DNA of 64,000 bases. It comes from Candidatus Omnitrophota bacterium. Lineage in GTDB: Bacteria > Omnitrophota > Gorgyraeia > Zapsychrales > JAHFFX01. The notes below the pieces were generated by a model. It was not told where the DNA came from. It saw nothing but the letters and a program-made list of their open reading frames with translations, and made no database searches. The stretch's first letter is position 1, and each line of letters opens with the position of its first letter. Both the position numbers and the translations under genes were made by a program. Location of the stretch: contig JAHFFW010000010.1 in the NCBI GenBank assembly GCA_023247725.1, forward strand, positions 7,734-71,733, written 5' to 3'. Below, piece after piece: positions 18,167 to 28,900 of this stretch.

Positions 18167-21100
18167 ATTTGAACGTGCCGGGGTAATCGAGAAAGAGGTC
18201 TCATTCAGCCGGGAATTCCGGCTTCGCCATTATATTTCGGCCTTCGATGATCTCCCGCCGGTTGATTTTGAGAAATTCGATTGTATTGTTTCCGGGAAGA
18301 ACGTCAAGGATCTGGATCAATTCATCAATGACGGCGATGAAATTATCATCACTCCCAAGATCGAAGACCCGGGTACAATCTTTGGCATCATTGCCACCAT
18401 TGCGACCGCCTTAGGAGCATCCGCGACCGTTGCGGCTACAATCGCAACAATCGGTACGGCTATTGTCATCGGCGCCACTTTAGCGGCTATCGGGTATTCA
18501 ATCTATCTGGCCACACAAAAACCCAGTCTTCCTTCGTTTGGAACGACCTCCGGAGGCGGCGGTCTGGATGAGGGTTCGCCGACCTATAGCTGGGACGGGA
18601 TACGGACAAACCGCGACGTTAATATGCCGGTGCCGGTTATTTACGGAGAACATAAAGTGGGAGGGACAGCGGTCAATGAATACATCTGGACAGATGGGGA
18701 TAAGAATTTTTTGTACACGCTTCTTGCCCTTTGCGAAGGGGAGATAGAAAGTGTTTCCAATATCAAAATCAATGATAACCCGATTGCGAATTATTCCGGT
18801 GTATCGACAACGACAAAATTGGGGACGAACAGTCAAACGGTCATCCCGAATTTTGAAGATCTCCACAACATCATCTCGGTAAACATTCAGTTGCTTAAAG
18901 ACAGCTCGTATATTTATACGACCTTGGATAGCGATGTGGAGGCCTTTGAAATTAAGTTTAATTTCCCGGGCGGCCTTTACCAAGCGGACAGCGCAAGCGG
19001 CGAGATCCTTTCCTGGCAAGTTACGTATCGGGTGGAATACAAATTAGCCGCATCCGGAACATGGATCGATTTGGGGACAACGACCGTCAGCGAAAAGACG
19101 CGTTCGGCGATCAAAAGAGTTTTTCGTAAAGATGGTTTAACCGCGGGCCGTTACGATATCCGGGTAACCAGGACCTCGGAAAATTCTTCCTTAAGTCCGA
19201 CCAAACAGGGCGATCTCTATCTTCAAAGCGTTGATGAAATCAAAACTGATGATCTTTCTTATCCCAATACCGCACTTTTAGCTATTGAGGCGATCGCGCA
19301 GGAACAATTGTCCGGAGCATCGCCCAATTATAGTTGCGTTGTAAAGGGGAGGAAAGTGTCTGTGCCGCGGGTGATGAATGGCGGAGTTGAGGTTAATTGG
19401 GAAAACTATTATTGGGACCCGAATACAAATCAATTCAAATTATTAGCCGATTCGGCCGTGCTTTCTTGGGATGACACAACCTACGTTGATAAATGGTCGG
19501 CCAATCCCATTTGGTGCCTTAAGGATCTACTGACGAATACCAGGTATGGTTTGGGGGATTTCATCAATGCCTCGCAGATCGATTCCGCGTTGTTTTTGGA
19601 AATGGCCAAGTACTGCGAGGAACGCATTCCCGATGGATCTGGAGGCTATGAAAAGCGTTTCCGGTTGGATGTGGCCATTGACAGTGTAACCAAGGCCTTG
19701 GATCTAATCAATCAGCTTTCGGCCACATTCAATGCCTTCGCCTTTTATTCGGCAGGCAGCGTCAAGTTCTATATCGATAAGCCAGCGGATCCGGCGCAAG
19801 TCTTCGGGATGGGAAATATTATCGAAAATTCATTTCAACAATCTTGGAAATCCATTAAAGAAACGCCCAACATGATCGAAGTCCAATATCTCGATAGCGT
19901 CAAGGATTACGAACAGGAAACGGTTGCGATTATCGATGAGGCTTCTTTAACCGCCGGTGAGCCGATCAGAAAGCACAGGATCCGATTGTTCACAACCAAG
20001 ACTTCTCAGGCCTTAAGAATCGGCCGCTACGCGCTAAAGGTCGCGCAAAATATTGATCGCATCATAAATTTTAAGGCTTCAATTGATGCGATCGCCTGTC
20101 AGGTCGGTGATTTAATCGATGTTTCACACGATGTTCCGCAATGGGGTTTTTCGGGAAGGGTTAATTCTGGATCAAGTACCACCTCCATTGTCCTAGATCA
20201 GGAGATTACGATTGTTTCAGGGAAAACTTATAAGATGGAAATCAGATTTCCCGATGACGTCATTGAGGAAAGAACGGTTTCCAACGCGCCGGGCAACTAT
20301 ACAACATTGACCGTCAGCAGCGCCTTCAGCCAGGCCCCGGCCGCTTATTCGGTCTACGCGTTTGGTGAAACGGACATTCAAACGAAACCATTCAGGATTA
20401 TATCAATCCAGCGCGATAACAAGGATGAAGCGATCCTATCGGCGGTCGAGTATAACGCGGCGATTTATGACGATTCCGTGATAGTCATTCCGGCAAGCAA
20501 TTATTCCGCTTTGAGCCGTGACATTCCCGTGGTCACCAGTTTATCCATTGTGGAAAAGAACGTCATTCTAAGTGACGGAACGATAGGAAGTATCATCGAG
20601 GTTTATTTTTTAAAACCAATCCAAACCAGTTACCTGGTGTCGAGGTACAAAGAGGCCAAGATTTATCTTTCCGATGACAATGGCGTCAGCTGGCAGGCGG
20701 CCGGTTCCACCTCGGAAGAATTCTTTGCGACCAAAGACACTTTAAAAACAGGATCCAGTTATAAGGTGGCCGTTGTCAGCGTTTCTACCGAAGGGGCGGA
20801 AAGCTCGATAAATTCAAGCCCCCAGGCCTCGATAACGATTGCAGGCAAAAGCCTACCTCCGGCCAACATCACCGGCTTTGCTATCAGCCAACACGGCGAT
20901 CAGCTCAATTTAAGCTGGAATCCTGTCCCGGACTTGGATCTGGCAAGGTATGTCATTAAAAAAGGAAGTGAGTGGGCGACCGGCGATTTGATTGCGGAAA
21001 AGGTCGATGTGACGGAATTTTCATCGCCCATTGGCCAGATCGGCGAGCAGACGTACATGATCAAGGCAGTGGATACCTCCGGCAATGAAAGCGTAAATAC

Positions 21101-21866
21101 CGCCTTGTACACCATCAATGTCTCACCGCCGCCGGAGATGAATTTTGTCGTTCAGATCAATCCGTGGTCTTTAAACCGGGAATACAAGCTTGCCAATATC
21201 GCCAAAGAGCAGATGAGTCTTTACAGCCCCGATTATGCCAGGGATGTCTTTTCCTTGGTGACGACTTCCACATGGGAGGACAAAGAAGCCCTGGGGCAGG
21301 GGTGGGAGCAACTGGAGGCCTCTGGCGACTTAGACTTTAATAAACTTTTTACCGCATCGGGAGAGATTGAGCAAATCATCCCCTATGATTTGGGCACCAT
21401 ATTTGAATTTAACATTCTCTCGGACCTAAGATTTGAGAATGTTTCCGGCGGTAGCTTGACCCTTCAGATCTCCACAAGCGAAGACGGAGTGAATTATACG
21501 GCCTTTGCCAATGTCAACGCATCCACCAATTATCGAGCGAGGTATCTTAAGTTCAAATCCCTTCTGGCCACATCCGACAGCAACAATAATATTTATTTCT
21601 ATTCCGGAACGATTTTTGTTAACGCGCCCACCGTCAAGGTGGACTATGGCCGAAATCTTTTGGTTTCAGCCAGCGGGACCCACGTTACTTTTCGGGGAGA
21701 TTTTACCGCGGTCCCGCGCGTAACCAGTCTGAATATCGTCAATGGAATTAAAGGCCGGCCGTATTCAAATAATGTGGCAATGAGCGGCATGGATATTTAT
21801 GTGGCCGATAAAGACGATGTTTTAATCGGCACGGCCCGGATCGATTGGGAGGTTAAAGGAAGCTGA
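18138..21866 (+). CDS. fused gpI-gpJ-like tail tip / host specificity protein with FN3 domains
   Basis: N-terminal ~200 aa resemble lambda gpI (ubiquitin-like N-terminus, hydrophobic Gly/Ala-rich segment IIATIATALGASATVAATIATIGTAIVIGATLAAIG, then ...MPVPVIYGEHKVGGTAVNEY, compare ...VLPVLYGEMRVGSRVVSQ). The remaining ~1000 aa are J-like with FN3-type segments (LPPANITGF..SQHGDQLNLSWNPVPDLDLARYVIK). Start taken at ATG 18138 (MIKIKY). Confidence 0.75.
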   Translation: MIKIKYIPNRFERAGVIEKEVSFSREFRLRHYISAFDDLPPVDFEKFDCIVSGKNVKDLDQFINDGDEIIITPKIEDPGTIFGIIATIATALGASATVAATIATIGTAIVIGATLAAIGYSIYLATQKPSLPSFGTTSGGGGLDEGSPTYSWDGIRTNRDVNMPVPVIYGEHKVGGTAVNEYIWTDGDKNFLYTLLALCEGEIESVSNIKINDNPIANYSGVSTTTKLGTNSQTVIPNFEDLHNIISVNIQLLKDSSYIYTTLDSDVEAFEIKFNFPGGLYQADSASGEILSWQVTYRVEYKLAASGTWIDLGTTTVSEKTRSAIKRVFRKDGLTAGRYDIRVTRTSENSSLSPTKQGDLYLQSVDEIKTDDLSYPNTALLAIEAIAQEQLSGASPNYSCVVKGRKVSVPRVMNGGVEVNWENYYWDPNTNQFKLLADSAVLSWDDTTYVDKWSANPIWCLKDLLTNTRYGLGDFINASQIDSALFLEMAKYCEERIPDGSGGYEKRFRLDVAIDSVTKALDLINQLSATFNAFAFYSAGSVKFYIDKPADPAQVFGMGNIIENSFQQSWKSIKETPNMIEVQYLDSVKDYEQETVAIIDEASLTAGEPIRKHRIRLFTTKTSQALRIGRYALKVAQNIDRIINFKASIDAIACQVGDLIDVSHDVPQWGFSGRVNSGSSTTSIVLDQEITIVSGKTYKMEIRFPDDVIEERTVSNAPGNYTTLTVSSAFSQAPAAYSVYAFGETDIQTKPFRIISIQRDNKDEAILSAVEYNAAIYDDSVIVIPASNYSALSRDIPVVTSLSIVEKNVILSDGTIGSIIEVYFLKPIQTSYLVSRYKEAKIYLSDDNGVSWQAAGSTSEEFFATKDTLKTGSSYKVAVVSVSTEGAESSINSSPQASITIAGKSLPPANITGFAISQHGDQLNLSWNPVPDLDLARYVIKKGSEWATGDLIAEKVDVTEFSSPIGQIGEQTYMIKAVDTSGNESVNTALYTINVSPPPEMNFVVQINPWSLNREYKLANIAKEQMSLYSPDYARDVFSLVTTSTWEDKEALGQGWEQLEASGDLDFNKLFTASGEIEQIIPYDLGTIFEFNILSDLRFENVSGGSLTLQISTSEDGVNYTAFANVNASTNYRARYLKFKSLLATSDSNNNIYFYSGTIFVNAPTVKVDYGRNLLVSASGTHVTFRGDFTAVPRVTSLNIVNGIKGRPYSNNVAMSGMDIYVADKDDVLIGTARIDWEVKGS

Positions 21867-22210
21867 TGGAAGGGTATTGTCAAAGTTGCGGACAGATAGT
21901 CGACATGGAGAACGTCCAGACCGTGCGGCTTCCTAATTTATCTTTTATTCAAAAAGGGATTTGCAGCCGGAAAGATTGTTTGGGCGTTATCTTTAAACTT
22001 GTAGAGGATCATGAAATTATTATTAATGCGGCCGGACATAAATTTCCTAAGGAAGTTTATGTTGGTCCTGAAACGCCGAGAAAATTGTTCGATAAGGACA
22101 ACGGACAGACGATTTTTAAAGGGAATGAAATTGTAAGAACAAAACTTAAGAACGATCAGATCAAAACAGTAAAAGAAATCAAGGAGAAATTAAATGGCCG
22201 ACGAGATTAG
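21866..22210 (+). CDS. hypothetical Cys-rich small protein (possible tail fibre assembly factor)
   Basis: 114 aa with CQSCGQ...C....C. Lies between the J-like gene and the tail fibre gene. Confidence 0.3.
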   Translation: MEGYCQSCGQIVDMENVQTVRLPNLSFIQKGICSRKDCLGVIFKLVEDHEIIINAAGHKFPKEVYVGPETPRKLFDKDNGQTIFKGNEIVRTKLKNDQIKTVKEIKEKLNGRRD

Positions 22211-23981
22211 ATATCAATATGACGACAATTTCCCCGGGGGCTCTTTTTCGTTGGCTAATTTTAGGGCAACGTTAAGAGCCTTGCATGAACAGGATCTCAT
22301 GCCGTTACGGCCCCGGGCTAAGCGGATATTGGATGGGATGGAATACAGCACCGATGCCTCAGCGCAGGCTGAATATTCGGGAGTTGGGGTCACCATCACA
22401 AAAGAAGGAACGATCAAACAAGAGGGGAGTTTTTCTCTAAAGGCGGTAACCGATGCGACCGCCAATCGGTCTTTCAGCCGGGCCTTTTCAATAAACTTAA
22501 GCGCATTTCAAAAGATTACGCTTTGGGAAAGGTCGTCCGGCGTGTCGCAAACAATTCGTTTTTATGTCCAGGACGGAAGCGGAAACCAGAGCTACTGGAA
22601 TATCACGACCAATGGAACAGCCAATACTTGGCAACAAGACACTTTAACCTTAAGTACGCCTTCCGGGAATAATGGCGCAAACGCGAATTTATCCAATATT
22701 ACGGTTTACGGGTTTCAAAACTTAAGCGCTTCGACGACGTATTACTTCGATACGATCAAGGCGATTGTGGACATGACGGTGGCTATCTTAGGCACTGATT
22801 TAGGCGCCTATTATCGCCATGTGTATTTAACCAATCAGCCCTTACAAGTCAATGCCCAGGCGGCTTCAACGATCACAGCGCCAGCAGGCAATCCAAGAAT
22901 CGACATTTTGACAATCGATTCAGCCGGAGCTTTATCTTGGATCATGGGGACAGAAGCATCATCGCCATCGGCGCCGTGGTCAAGCATGCCCGCAAACAAA
23001 ATTCCTATTTGTTTGGTTTATCAAAAGACGACAATGACCAAGGTTTTGGATTTTGAAGATAAAGATACCGACACCAATCAAGGTTACATTCTGGCCGATG
23101 TCCGGCCGTTTATGAAAAATGGGTTTACCTTTTTTAAAGGAGCGGACGTCGCCAGCGCCTCAACCGTTAATTTAGGTAACGACGGGAATTTTTTCAATAT
23201 TACGGGAACGACAGCAATCACTTCAATAACAGCTAAACCAGCGGGAACGGTCGTGTGGCTGAGGTTTACCGGAATTCTAACAGTAACAAATGGAAGCAAC
23301 CTCAAGTTGAACGGCAATTTCGTAACCGCGGCCGACTCCATGCTTCAGTTGGTCAGCGACGGAACGAATTGGTATGAGGTGAGCCGCCAACCCACAACCA
23401 CAACATTTTTGGGATTAAGCGATACGCCGAGCAGTTATTCGGGGCAGGCGAATAAACTCGTCCGGGTTAATGCGGGCGAGACAGGTTTGGAATTTATTAT
23501 TGGCATACCCGTGGGGCTTGGGCCGCTTCCCTGGCCAACGGATACACCTCCCTCTGGATGGTTGTTGTGCGACGGAAGCGCGGTATCCCGGACAACCTAT
23601 TCCGCTCTTTTTGCAGTGATTGGCACAACCTTTGGACCCGGAGATGGAAGCACCACGTTTAATTTGCCGGATATGCGCGGCCGCGTTCCGCTGGGGCAGG
23701 ATGACATGGGTGGGGTTTCCGCAAACAGAGTCACGAATGCTCAGGCTGATATTATCGGTGGTTCGGCGGGCGCGGAAAATCATCAATTGACCATTGCGGA
23801 GATGCCATCGCACAATCATGGGGTTCAAATCAATGATGCAACAAGTGCCGGTCCTAACAGGAAACCAGAGACGGCCGGGATTCAAAATACATACGCTTGG
23901 CCTTCCGACTACACTGGAGGTAATCAAGTCCACAATAATATGCAGCCTTATTTGACTCTGAACTACATCATCAAATATTAA
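22194..23981 (+). CDS. tail fibre protein with C-terminal phage tail-collar domain
   Basis: C-terminus PSGWLLCDGSAVSRTTYSALFAVIGTTFGPGDGSTTFNLPDMRGRVPLG is the Collar (PF07484-type) signature P.GW..CDG..ls...Y..Lf..iG..yG.gdg.ttFnLPDlRGr. Confidence 0.75.
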   Translation: MADEIRYQYDDNFPGGSFSLANFRATLRALHEQDLMPLRPRAKRILDGMEYSTDASAQAEYSGVGVTITKEGTIKQEGSFSLKAVTDATANRSFSRAFSINLSAFQKITLWERSSGVSQTIRFYVQDGSGNQSYWNITTNGTANTWQQDTLTLSTPSGNNGANANLSNITVYGFQNLSASTTYYFDTIKAIVDMTVAILGTDLGAYYRHVYLTNQPLQVNAQAASTITAPAGNPRIDILTIDSAGALSWIMGTEASSPSAPWSSMPANKIPICLVYQKTTMTKVLDFEDKDTDTNQGYILADVRPFMKNGFTFFKGADVASASTVNLGNDGNFFNITGTTAITSITAKPAGTVVWLRFTGILTVTNGSNLKLNGNFVTAADSMLQLVSDGTNWYEVSRQPTTTTFLGLSDTPSSYSGQANKLVRVNAGETGLEFIIGIPVGLGPLPWPTDTPPSGWLLCDGSAVSRTTYSALFAVIGTTFGPGDGSTTFNLPDMRGRVPLGQDDMGGVSANRVTNAQADIIGGSAGAENHQLTIAEMPSHNHGVQINDATSAGPNRKPETAGIQNTYAWPSDYTGGNQVHNNMQPYLTLNYIIKY

Positions 23982-23993
23982 AGGAAGGAAAGA

Positions 23994-24236
23994 ATGTCAG
24001 ATAACGAAATCCACTTAACACCGAGGGAACTGGAAGAAATCAAAGACGATGTTGCTTTTAAAACAAAAACAACATTGACGTTAAAGCATGTTTTAAAAAA
24101 GCTCGATGATCTAAACGGGGTCCGGGATGAGGTCACCTCATTAAAGACACACCGGAACATCCATTGGTTTTTGATTTCGGTCATTATCACCGGACTATTC
24201 GGGATCACGTTTTGGTTGATGCAAGGGAATCATTAA
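23994..24236 (+). CDS. XhlA-like lysis-associated membrane protein
   Basis: 80 aa with N-terminal coiled coil (LEEIKDDV...LKKLDDLNGVRDEVTSLK) and a single C-terminal TM (WFLISVIITGLFGITFWL). Same architecture as the XhlA haemolysin family. Confidence 0.45.
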   Translation: MSDNEIHLTPRELEEIKDDVAFKTKTTLTLKHVLKKLDDLNGVRDEVTSLKTHRNIHWFLISVIITGLFGITFWLMQGNH

Positions 24237-24265
24237 ATAACAAAACAAAAGAAAGGGGTGCAGAA

Positions 24266-24484
24266 ATGAATCCAATCGATTATCTCAATAATTTTGCACA
24301 GCAACATGCGTGGATTGGTCTTGCAATTGCAATTGTCATCGCAGTGCATACCGGTCTCAAAGCTTTGCGCGATGCTATCGATAGCACGCCGCAGACCGAT
24401 GACAATTGGTTTGAGCGGATCGTGACTATTTTGGGCAAAATCACCGGTTATCTGGCCGGGTTTCGCGCCAAGAAAAACCCTTAG
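24266..24484 (+). CDS. putative holin (single-TM small membrane protein)
   Basis: 72 aa with RBS AAAGGGG. TM helix AWIGLAIAIVIAVHTGL followed by a charged C-terminus. Lies adjacent to the XhlA-like gene. Confidence 0.4.
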   Translation: MNPIDYLNNFAQQHAWIGLAIAIVIAVHTGLKALRDAIDSTPQTDDNWFERIVTILGKITGYLAGFRAKKNP

Positions 24485-24489
24485 ACGTC

Positions 24490-24741
24490 TTGCCACTTAA
24501 ATATCGCCTGTTGGCCAAGACGATTTTGTTTTTGTGCGGGTTTAAAATTTACCGCCAGCGGTTCGGCGATGCAGGGTTTTGGTTGATCACTAATAAACCT
24601 TTACCCAAAGAAATTCACGATGAAGACGTTGTGTTCGAAAATAAGAACGCCCAGAAAGGCCAGATCCGCACAGCCAAGCTGGTTTGCGAGGGCGAAGAGG
24701 GGCGGGTGAAGTGCCGGTGGATATTTGATATTCAGAAATAA
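24490..24741 (+). CDS. hypothetical protein
   Basis: 83-aa ORF with no recognised motif. Confidence 0.25.
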   Translation: MPLKYRLLAKTILFLCGFKIYRQRFGDAGFWLITNKPLPKEIHDEDVVFENKNAQKGQIRTAKLVCEGEEGRVKCRWIFDIQK

Positions 24742-24800
24742 ATTACCTTGATTAAGATTGCAGACTATGGCCTACTCACTCCCTCGAAAGGAGGGCGAAA

Positions 24801-25073
24801 ATGCTCAAAGAAAATTTGACGGTTAAAAAGACGCGCTACATCTGCGTCAGCATCGGTGAGATGGAGGTCTACATTGAGAATATCTCGGCCACAGGGGCGA
24901 TGATAGATCACCTTCCGGCCGTGAGGTTACGTTTGCGGGAGATCCAGAAGGTCATGCCGATGGGGCAGTGGTCGGTCAGGATTGAACAGCAATGGCCGGA
25001 AAAAGGCGTCCGGCATTACCAGTGGATTGATGCCGCGACAGGTAAACTACACAAACGTAAAGGGGGAAATTGA
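24801..25073 (+). CDS. hypothetical protein
   Basis: 90-aa ORF with RBS AAAGGAGGG upstream and no recognised motif. Confidence 0.3.
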   Translation: MLKENLTVKKTRYICVSIGEMEVYIENISATGAMIDHLPAVRLRLREIQKVMPMGQWSVRIEQQWPEKGVRHYQWIDAATGKLHKRKGGN

Positions 25074-25074
25074 C

Positions 25075-25326
25075 ATGGGGAAAAAGGCTAAAAAGAAAAG
25101 TACTGTGCAGGCTCAGCCGGAAGTCAAGCTGACCCGCAATGAGCTAATGTCGCAGGCCAAGGAACGGGGTATCAAGAATTTTCGTGTTCTTAACAAGGAA
25201 GAGCTGGGGCAGGTTTTGGTTGATGGCACCACACCGGAACAAATCGAGAAAGTCGTTTCCGGCGCCGTCGCCAGATGGAAGTCCGGCTGGGGCAAGAAAA
25301 AGGATAAAAATGAAAGTCAAAGCTGA
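25075..25326 (+). CDS. small basic protein with Rho-N/SAP-like motif
   Basis: RBS AAAGGGGGA. LTRNELMSQAKERGIKNFRVLNKEEL resembles the Rho termination factor N-terminal (SAP-like) helix-extension-helix. Confidence 0.3.
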   Translation: MGKKAKKKSTVQAQPEVKLTRNELMSQAKERGIKNFRVLNKEELGQVLVDGTTPEQIEKVVSGAVARWKSGWGKKKDKNESQS

Positions 25327-25627
25327 ACTTGATTTGAAGGTCGAGATGGGGGGCGTGGCGGCCAATGGCACTGGATTTCAGGGCTATCTGCCGGAAGGCA
25401 CGCGGTATGAGAATGTAGCCAGGGTATTCGGCAATCCCCAGTTCGGTAAATCGCCGGACAGTAAGATCAAGGTGGAGTGGGTTGGCAGGATCAACGGGCT
25501 GGTGTTTACAATTTACGATTACAAGTCACGTGTGGAACCAGACCGGAATACCGACTGGCATATTGGAGGGAAGGTAAAATTAACCGCAGTGTTGGTGAAT
25601 TTATTCTATAAGGCAAATCAAAAGTAG
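25310..25627 (+). CDS. hypothetical protein
   Basis: 105-aa ORF overlapping the previous stop. No recognised motif. Confidence 0.3.
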   Translation: MKVKAELDLKVEMGGVAANGTGFQGYLPEGTRYENVARVFGNPQFGKSPDSKIKVEWVGRINGLVFTIYDYKSRVEPDRNTDWHIGGKVKLTAVLVNLFYKANQK

Positions 25628-25643
25628 TTTTGGAATTAATAAA

Positions 25644-25678
25644 AACCTCCGTTTAATTATCTAGCGGAGGTTTTTTCT
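25644..25678 (+). terminator. rho-independent terminator ending the phage late/lysis transcription unit
   Basis: AACCTCCG-tttaattatcta-CGGAGGTT stem-loop followed by TTTTTTC. Confidence 0.6.
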
Positions 25679-25680
25679 TG

Positions 25681-25709
25681 TTGGCAATCCAAATCATCGG
25701 TGATACAAT
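25681..25709 (+). promoter_or_regulatory. sigma70-like promoter (TTGGCA-17-TACAAT)
   Basis: ttggca atccaaatcatcggtga tacaat lies ~40 nt upstream of the HTH gene start. Confidence 0.5.
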
Positions 25710-25747
25710 GTGTAACACTTTGGACAATCCCTTTTAGAGGAAATTGA

Positions 25748-25945
25748 ATGGTGAAAAAGGAAGAAGTTTTAACCGCAGAAGAAGTTGCGGAATATCTAAG
25801 GATTCATCCGTACACGCTGAGACGATTAGCCCGGGCAGGCAAACTCCCGGGCTTTAAAATTGGTGGGCAGTGGAGGTTTCGGAAAGATGAAATCGACGCA
25901 TGGTCAAAAGGATCTAAGAATAAGAAGAAAAAAGGGAAATCATAA
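25748..25945 (+). CDS. excisionase-family / MerR-type HTH DNA-binding protein
   Basis: LTAEEVAEYLRIHPYTLRRLARAGKLPGFKIGGQWRFRKDEIDAW is the 'excisionase family DNA binding domain' HTH pattern. 65 aa. The stop overlaps the next ATG. Confidence 0.6.
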   Translation: MVKKEEVLTAEEVAEYLRIHPYTLRRLARAGKLPGFKIGGQWRFRKDEIDAWSKGSKNKKKKGKS

Positions 25946-28900
25946 TGCCGAGAATCTTTGACAATATCGATCTTGATTTATTAACGGCCTTAAAAGAAAC
26001 TTTAAACGTTTCTAATCGTGCTGATTTCTGCGTTGGCTATTTTAATTTGAGGGGATGGAGGCAGATAGATTCTTATATTGAACGTTGGGCCGGTGGTGAG
26101 GGAAAGTGCTGCCGGTTGTTGGTCGGGATGTCAAAGTTACCCCAGGATGAATTGCGAGAAGCGCTAAGCCTTGTGAAGAACGAGGAAGGAATTGATAACC
26201 AAACGGCTTTACGCCTTAAGAAGAAACTAGCCGAGGAATTCCGAAACCAGTTAGCTTGGGGTATACCTACAAATGAAGATGAAGTTGGTCTGCGGCGTTT
26301 GGCATCACAAATTAAGGCTCAAAAGGTTGTGGTCAAGCTATTCCTGCGACACCCTCTCCATGCAAAACTCTATCTGCTTTTTCGTCCTGACCCCATTAAC
26401 CCTACTGTGAGTTATCTTGGCAGTAGCAATCTAACTTTCGCTGGTCTATCTAAACAAGGCGAGTTAAACATTGACGTGTTAGACCACGACGCTTGCCAGA
26501 AATTGTCCAGATGGTTTGAAGATAGATGGGATGATCACCGGTGCATTGATATTTCAAAAGAACTGGCAGATATAATTGATGAGAGTTGGGCGCGCGAGGA
26601 GCAGCCCATTCCTTATTACATATATCTTAAAATGGCTTATCACTTATCGCAGGAGGCTCGAGTTGGTCTGTCTGAATTTAAAATTCCAAAGGAGTTTGGT
26701 CAAAAGCTTTTTGAATTTCAAACAGCGGCGGTTAAGATAGCGGCTCACCATATTAATAAACGTGGTGGTGTGCTAATAGGTGATGTTGTGGGCTTGGGAA
26801 AAACACTAATGGCCACGGCCGTCGCGCGCATTTTCGAAGACGATCACGGACTCGAAACCTTAGTCATCTGCCCCAAGAACTTGGTCCCTATGTGGGAAGA
26901 CTACCGAGAGCAATATCGTTTACATGCCAAAGTGCTTTCCATCAATCGTGCGGCGCGAGAGCTTCCAAGTTTACGCCGATACCGCTTAGTTATTATCGAT
27001 GAGAGTCACAATCTTCGTAATCGTGAGGGGAAACGCTATCGAGCAATTCAAGAATATTTGCAGGAAAATGAAAGTAAGGTAATACTGCTTTCGGCTACTC
27101 CCTATAATAAAACCTATTTGGATTTATCTAATCAATTACGGCTTCTCGTTTCTGCTGATAGTGATATCGGGATTCGCCCCGAACGAAAATTGCGTGAAAT
27201 GGGTGAAACCGAATTTATCCGCCAGCATCAGTGTTCAGTTCGTTCTCTCGCCGCATTTGAAAAGAGTGAATATGCCGATGACTGGCGTGAGCTGATGCGC
27301 CTCTATCTTGTGCGCAGAACACGCACGTTCATCCAGGATAATTACGCTGAAACTGATCCAACGAATGGAAGAAAGTTTTTAACATTTGAAGACGGCACGC
27401 GATCCTATTTCCCGACCCGCATACCAAAGACTGTACCGTTTCATATTGACGATCATAATCCATCAGACCAGTATGCTCAGCTTTATGCGCCTGACGTTGT
27501 CGATATAATCAACCATCTCAATTTACCCAGATATGGTCTAGGCAATTATGTAGCCGCCACCCCCCATAAGCCGCCAACGGCAACTGAGCAAAAGATTTTA
27601 CAAGATCTTTCTCGTGCTGGTCGAAGACTCATGGGTTTCTCGCGAACAAACCTATTTAAACGTCTGGAGAGCAGCGGGCATGCTTTTCTCCAATCGGCTG
27701 AACGGCATATCTTACGGAATTTTATCTTTCTTCACGCTATCGAGAATGACCAGCCGATACCCATTGGAACGCAAGACGCCGAGATTCTCGATACACGATT
27801 CTCTGATGAAGATAAAACAGTTGAGTTATTTAACGATAATGATGACGATGGAGAAGTGGCTGAGGAAACGACATCACTAAGGAGTGAAAAAGATTTCAAA
27901 AATCGAGCTTCAGAAGTTTATTCAGAGTATTTCAAATTACACAAACATCGTTTTAAATGGCTGCCGCCGGAATTTTTCGTTAAATCACTGGCTAATGATT
28001 TACGAGCTGACATAGATACACTTATGAGAATTTTGAACAAATGCAAGCAGTGGGACCCTGCCAAGGATGCGAAACTCGATGCGCTTTACGACCTGTTAAT
28101 AAAAAAATACCCGAATGACAAAGTCCTGATTTTTACCCAATTCGCCGACACGGTACGTTATCTTGAGAAACAACTAACTGATCGTAAGGTTGCAAAACTG
28201 GCTGGCGTTACCGGTGACTCTTCTAATCCCACTGCCTTAGCCTGGCGCTTTAGCCCAATTAGCAATAACAAACAAGAGTATATTAAACCAGCTGATGAAC
28301 TTCGTGTATTAATTGCGACGGATATCCTGAGCGAGGGGCAAAACCTCCAGGATTGTTCCGTTGTGGTCAATTTCGACCTGCCCTGGGCTATCATTCGTTT
28401 AATTCAGCGGGTTGGACGCGTAGACCGTATCGGACAGAAAGCCGAGAAAATATTATGTTATTCATTTCTGCCAGCCGAGGGGGTTGAGCAAATTATTAAT
28501 TTGCGCAACCGTGTGCGACAGAGACTCAGTGAAAATGCCGAAGTGGTAGGGACAGATGAGGCATTTTTCGAAGACGACCGCGATGACAGAAGAGTGCTCG
28601 ATCTATATCACGAAAAATCCGGAATCTTGGATGGAGATGCTGACAGCGAAGTGGATCTTGCATCCTATGCCTACCAGATTTGGAAAAATGCTATTACAGA
28701 GAATCCGGAGTTGCAAAAAGTTATTCCTGAACTGCCGGATGTCGTTTACTCTACAAAACCAATTAAGCCAACTGAAAAAGAACCAGAGGGAGTATTGGTT
28801 TATCTTCGCACGGCAGAAGGAAATGACGCGCTCACTTGGGTCAGTAAAGACGGAAAAAGTGTTACCGAATCACAACTTACAATTCTTAAAGCCGCTGAGT

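Noticed and set aside
24164-24484. Longer 106-aa version of the holin ORF starting at 24164
   Set aside because: It overlaps the XhlA-like gene out of frame and lacks an RBS. The internal ATG at 24266 has a good RBS and yields a typical small single-TM holin.
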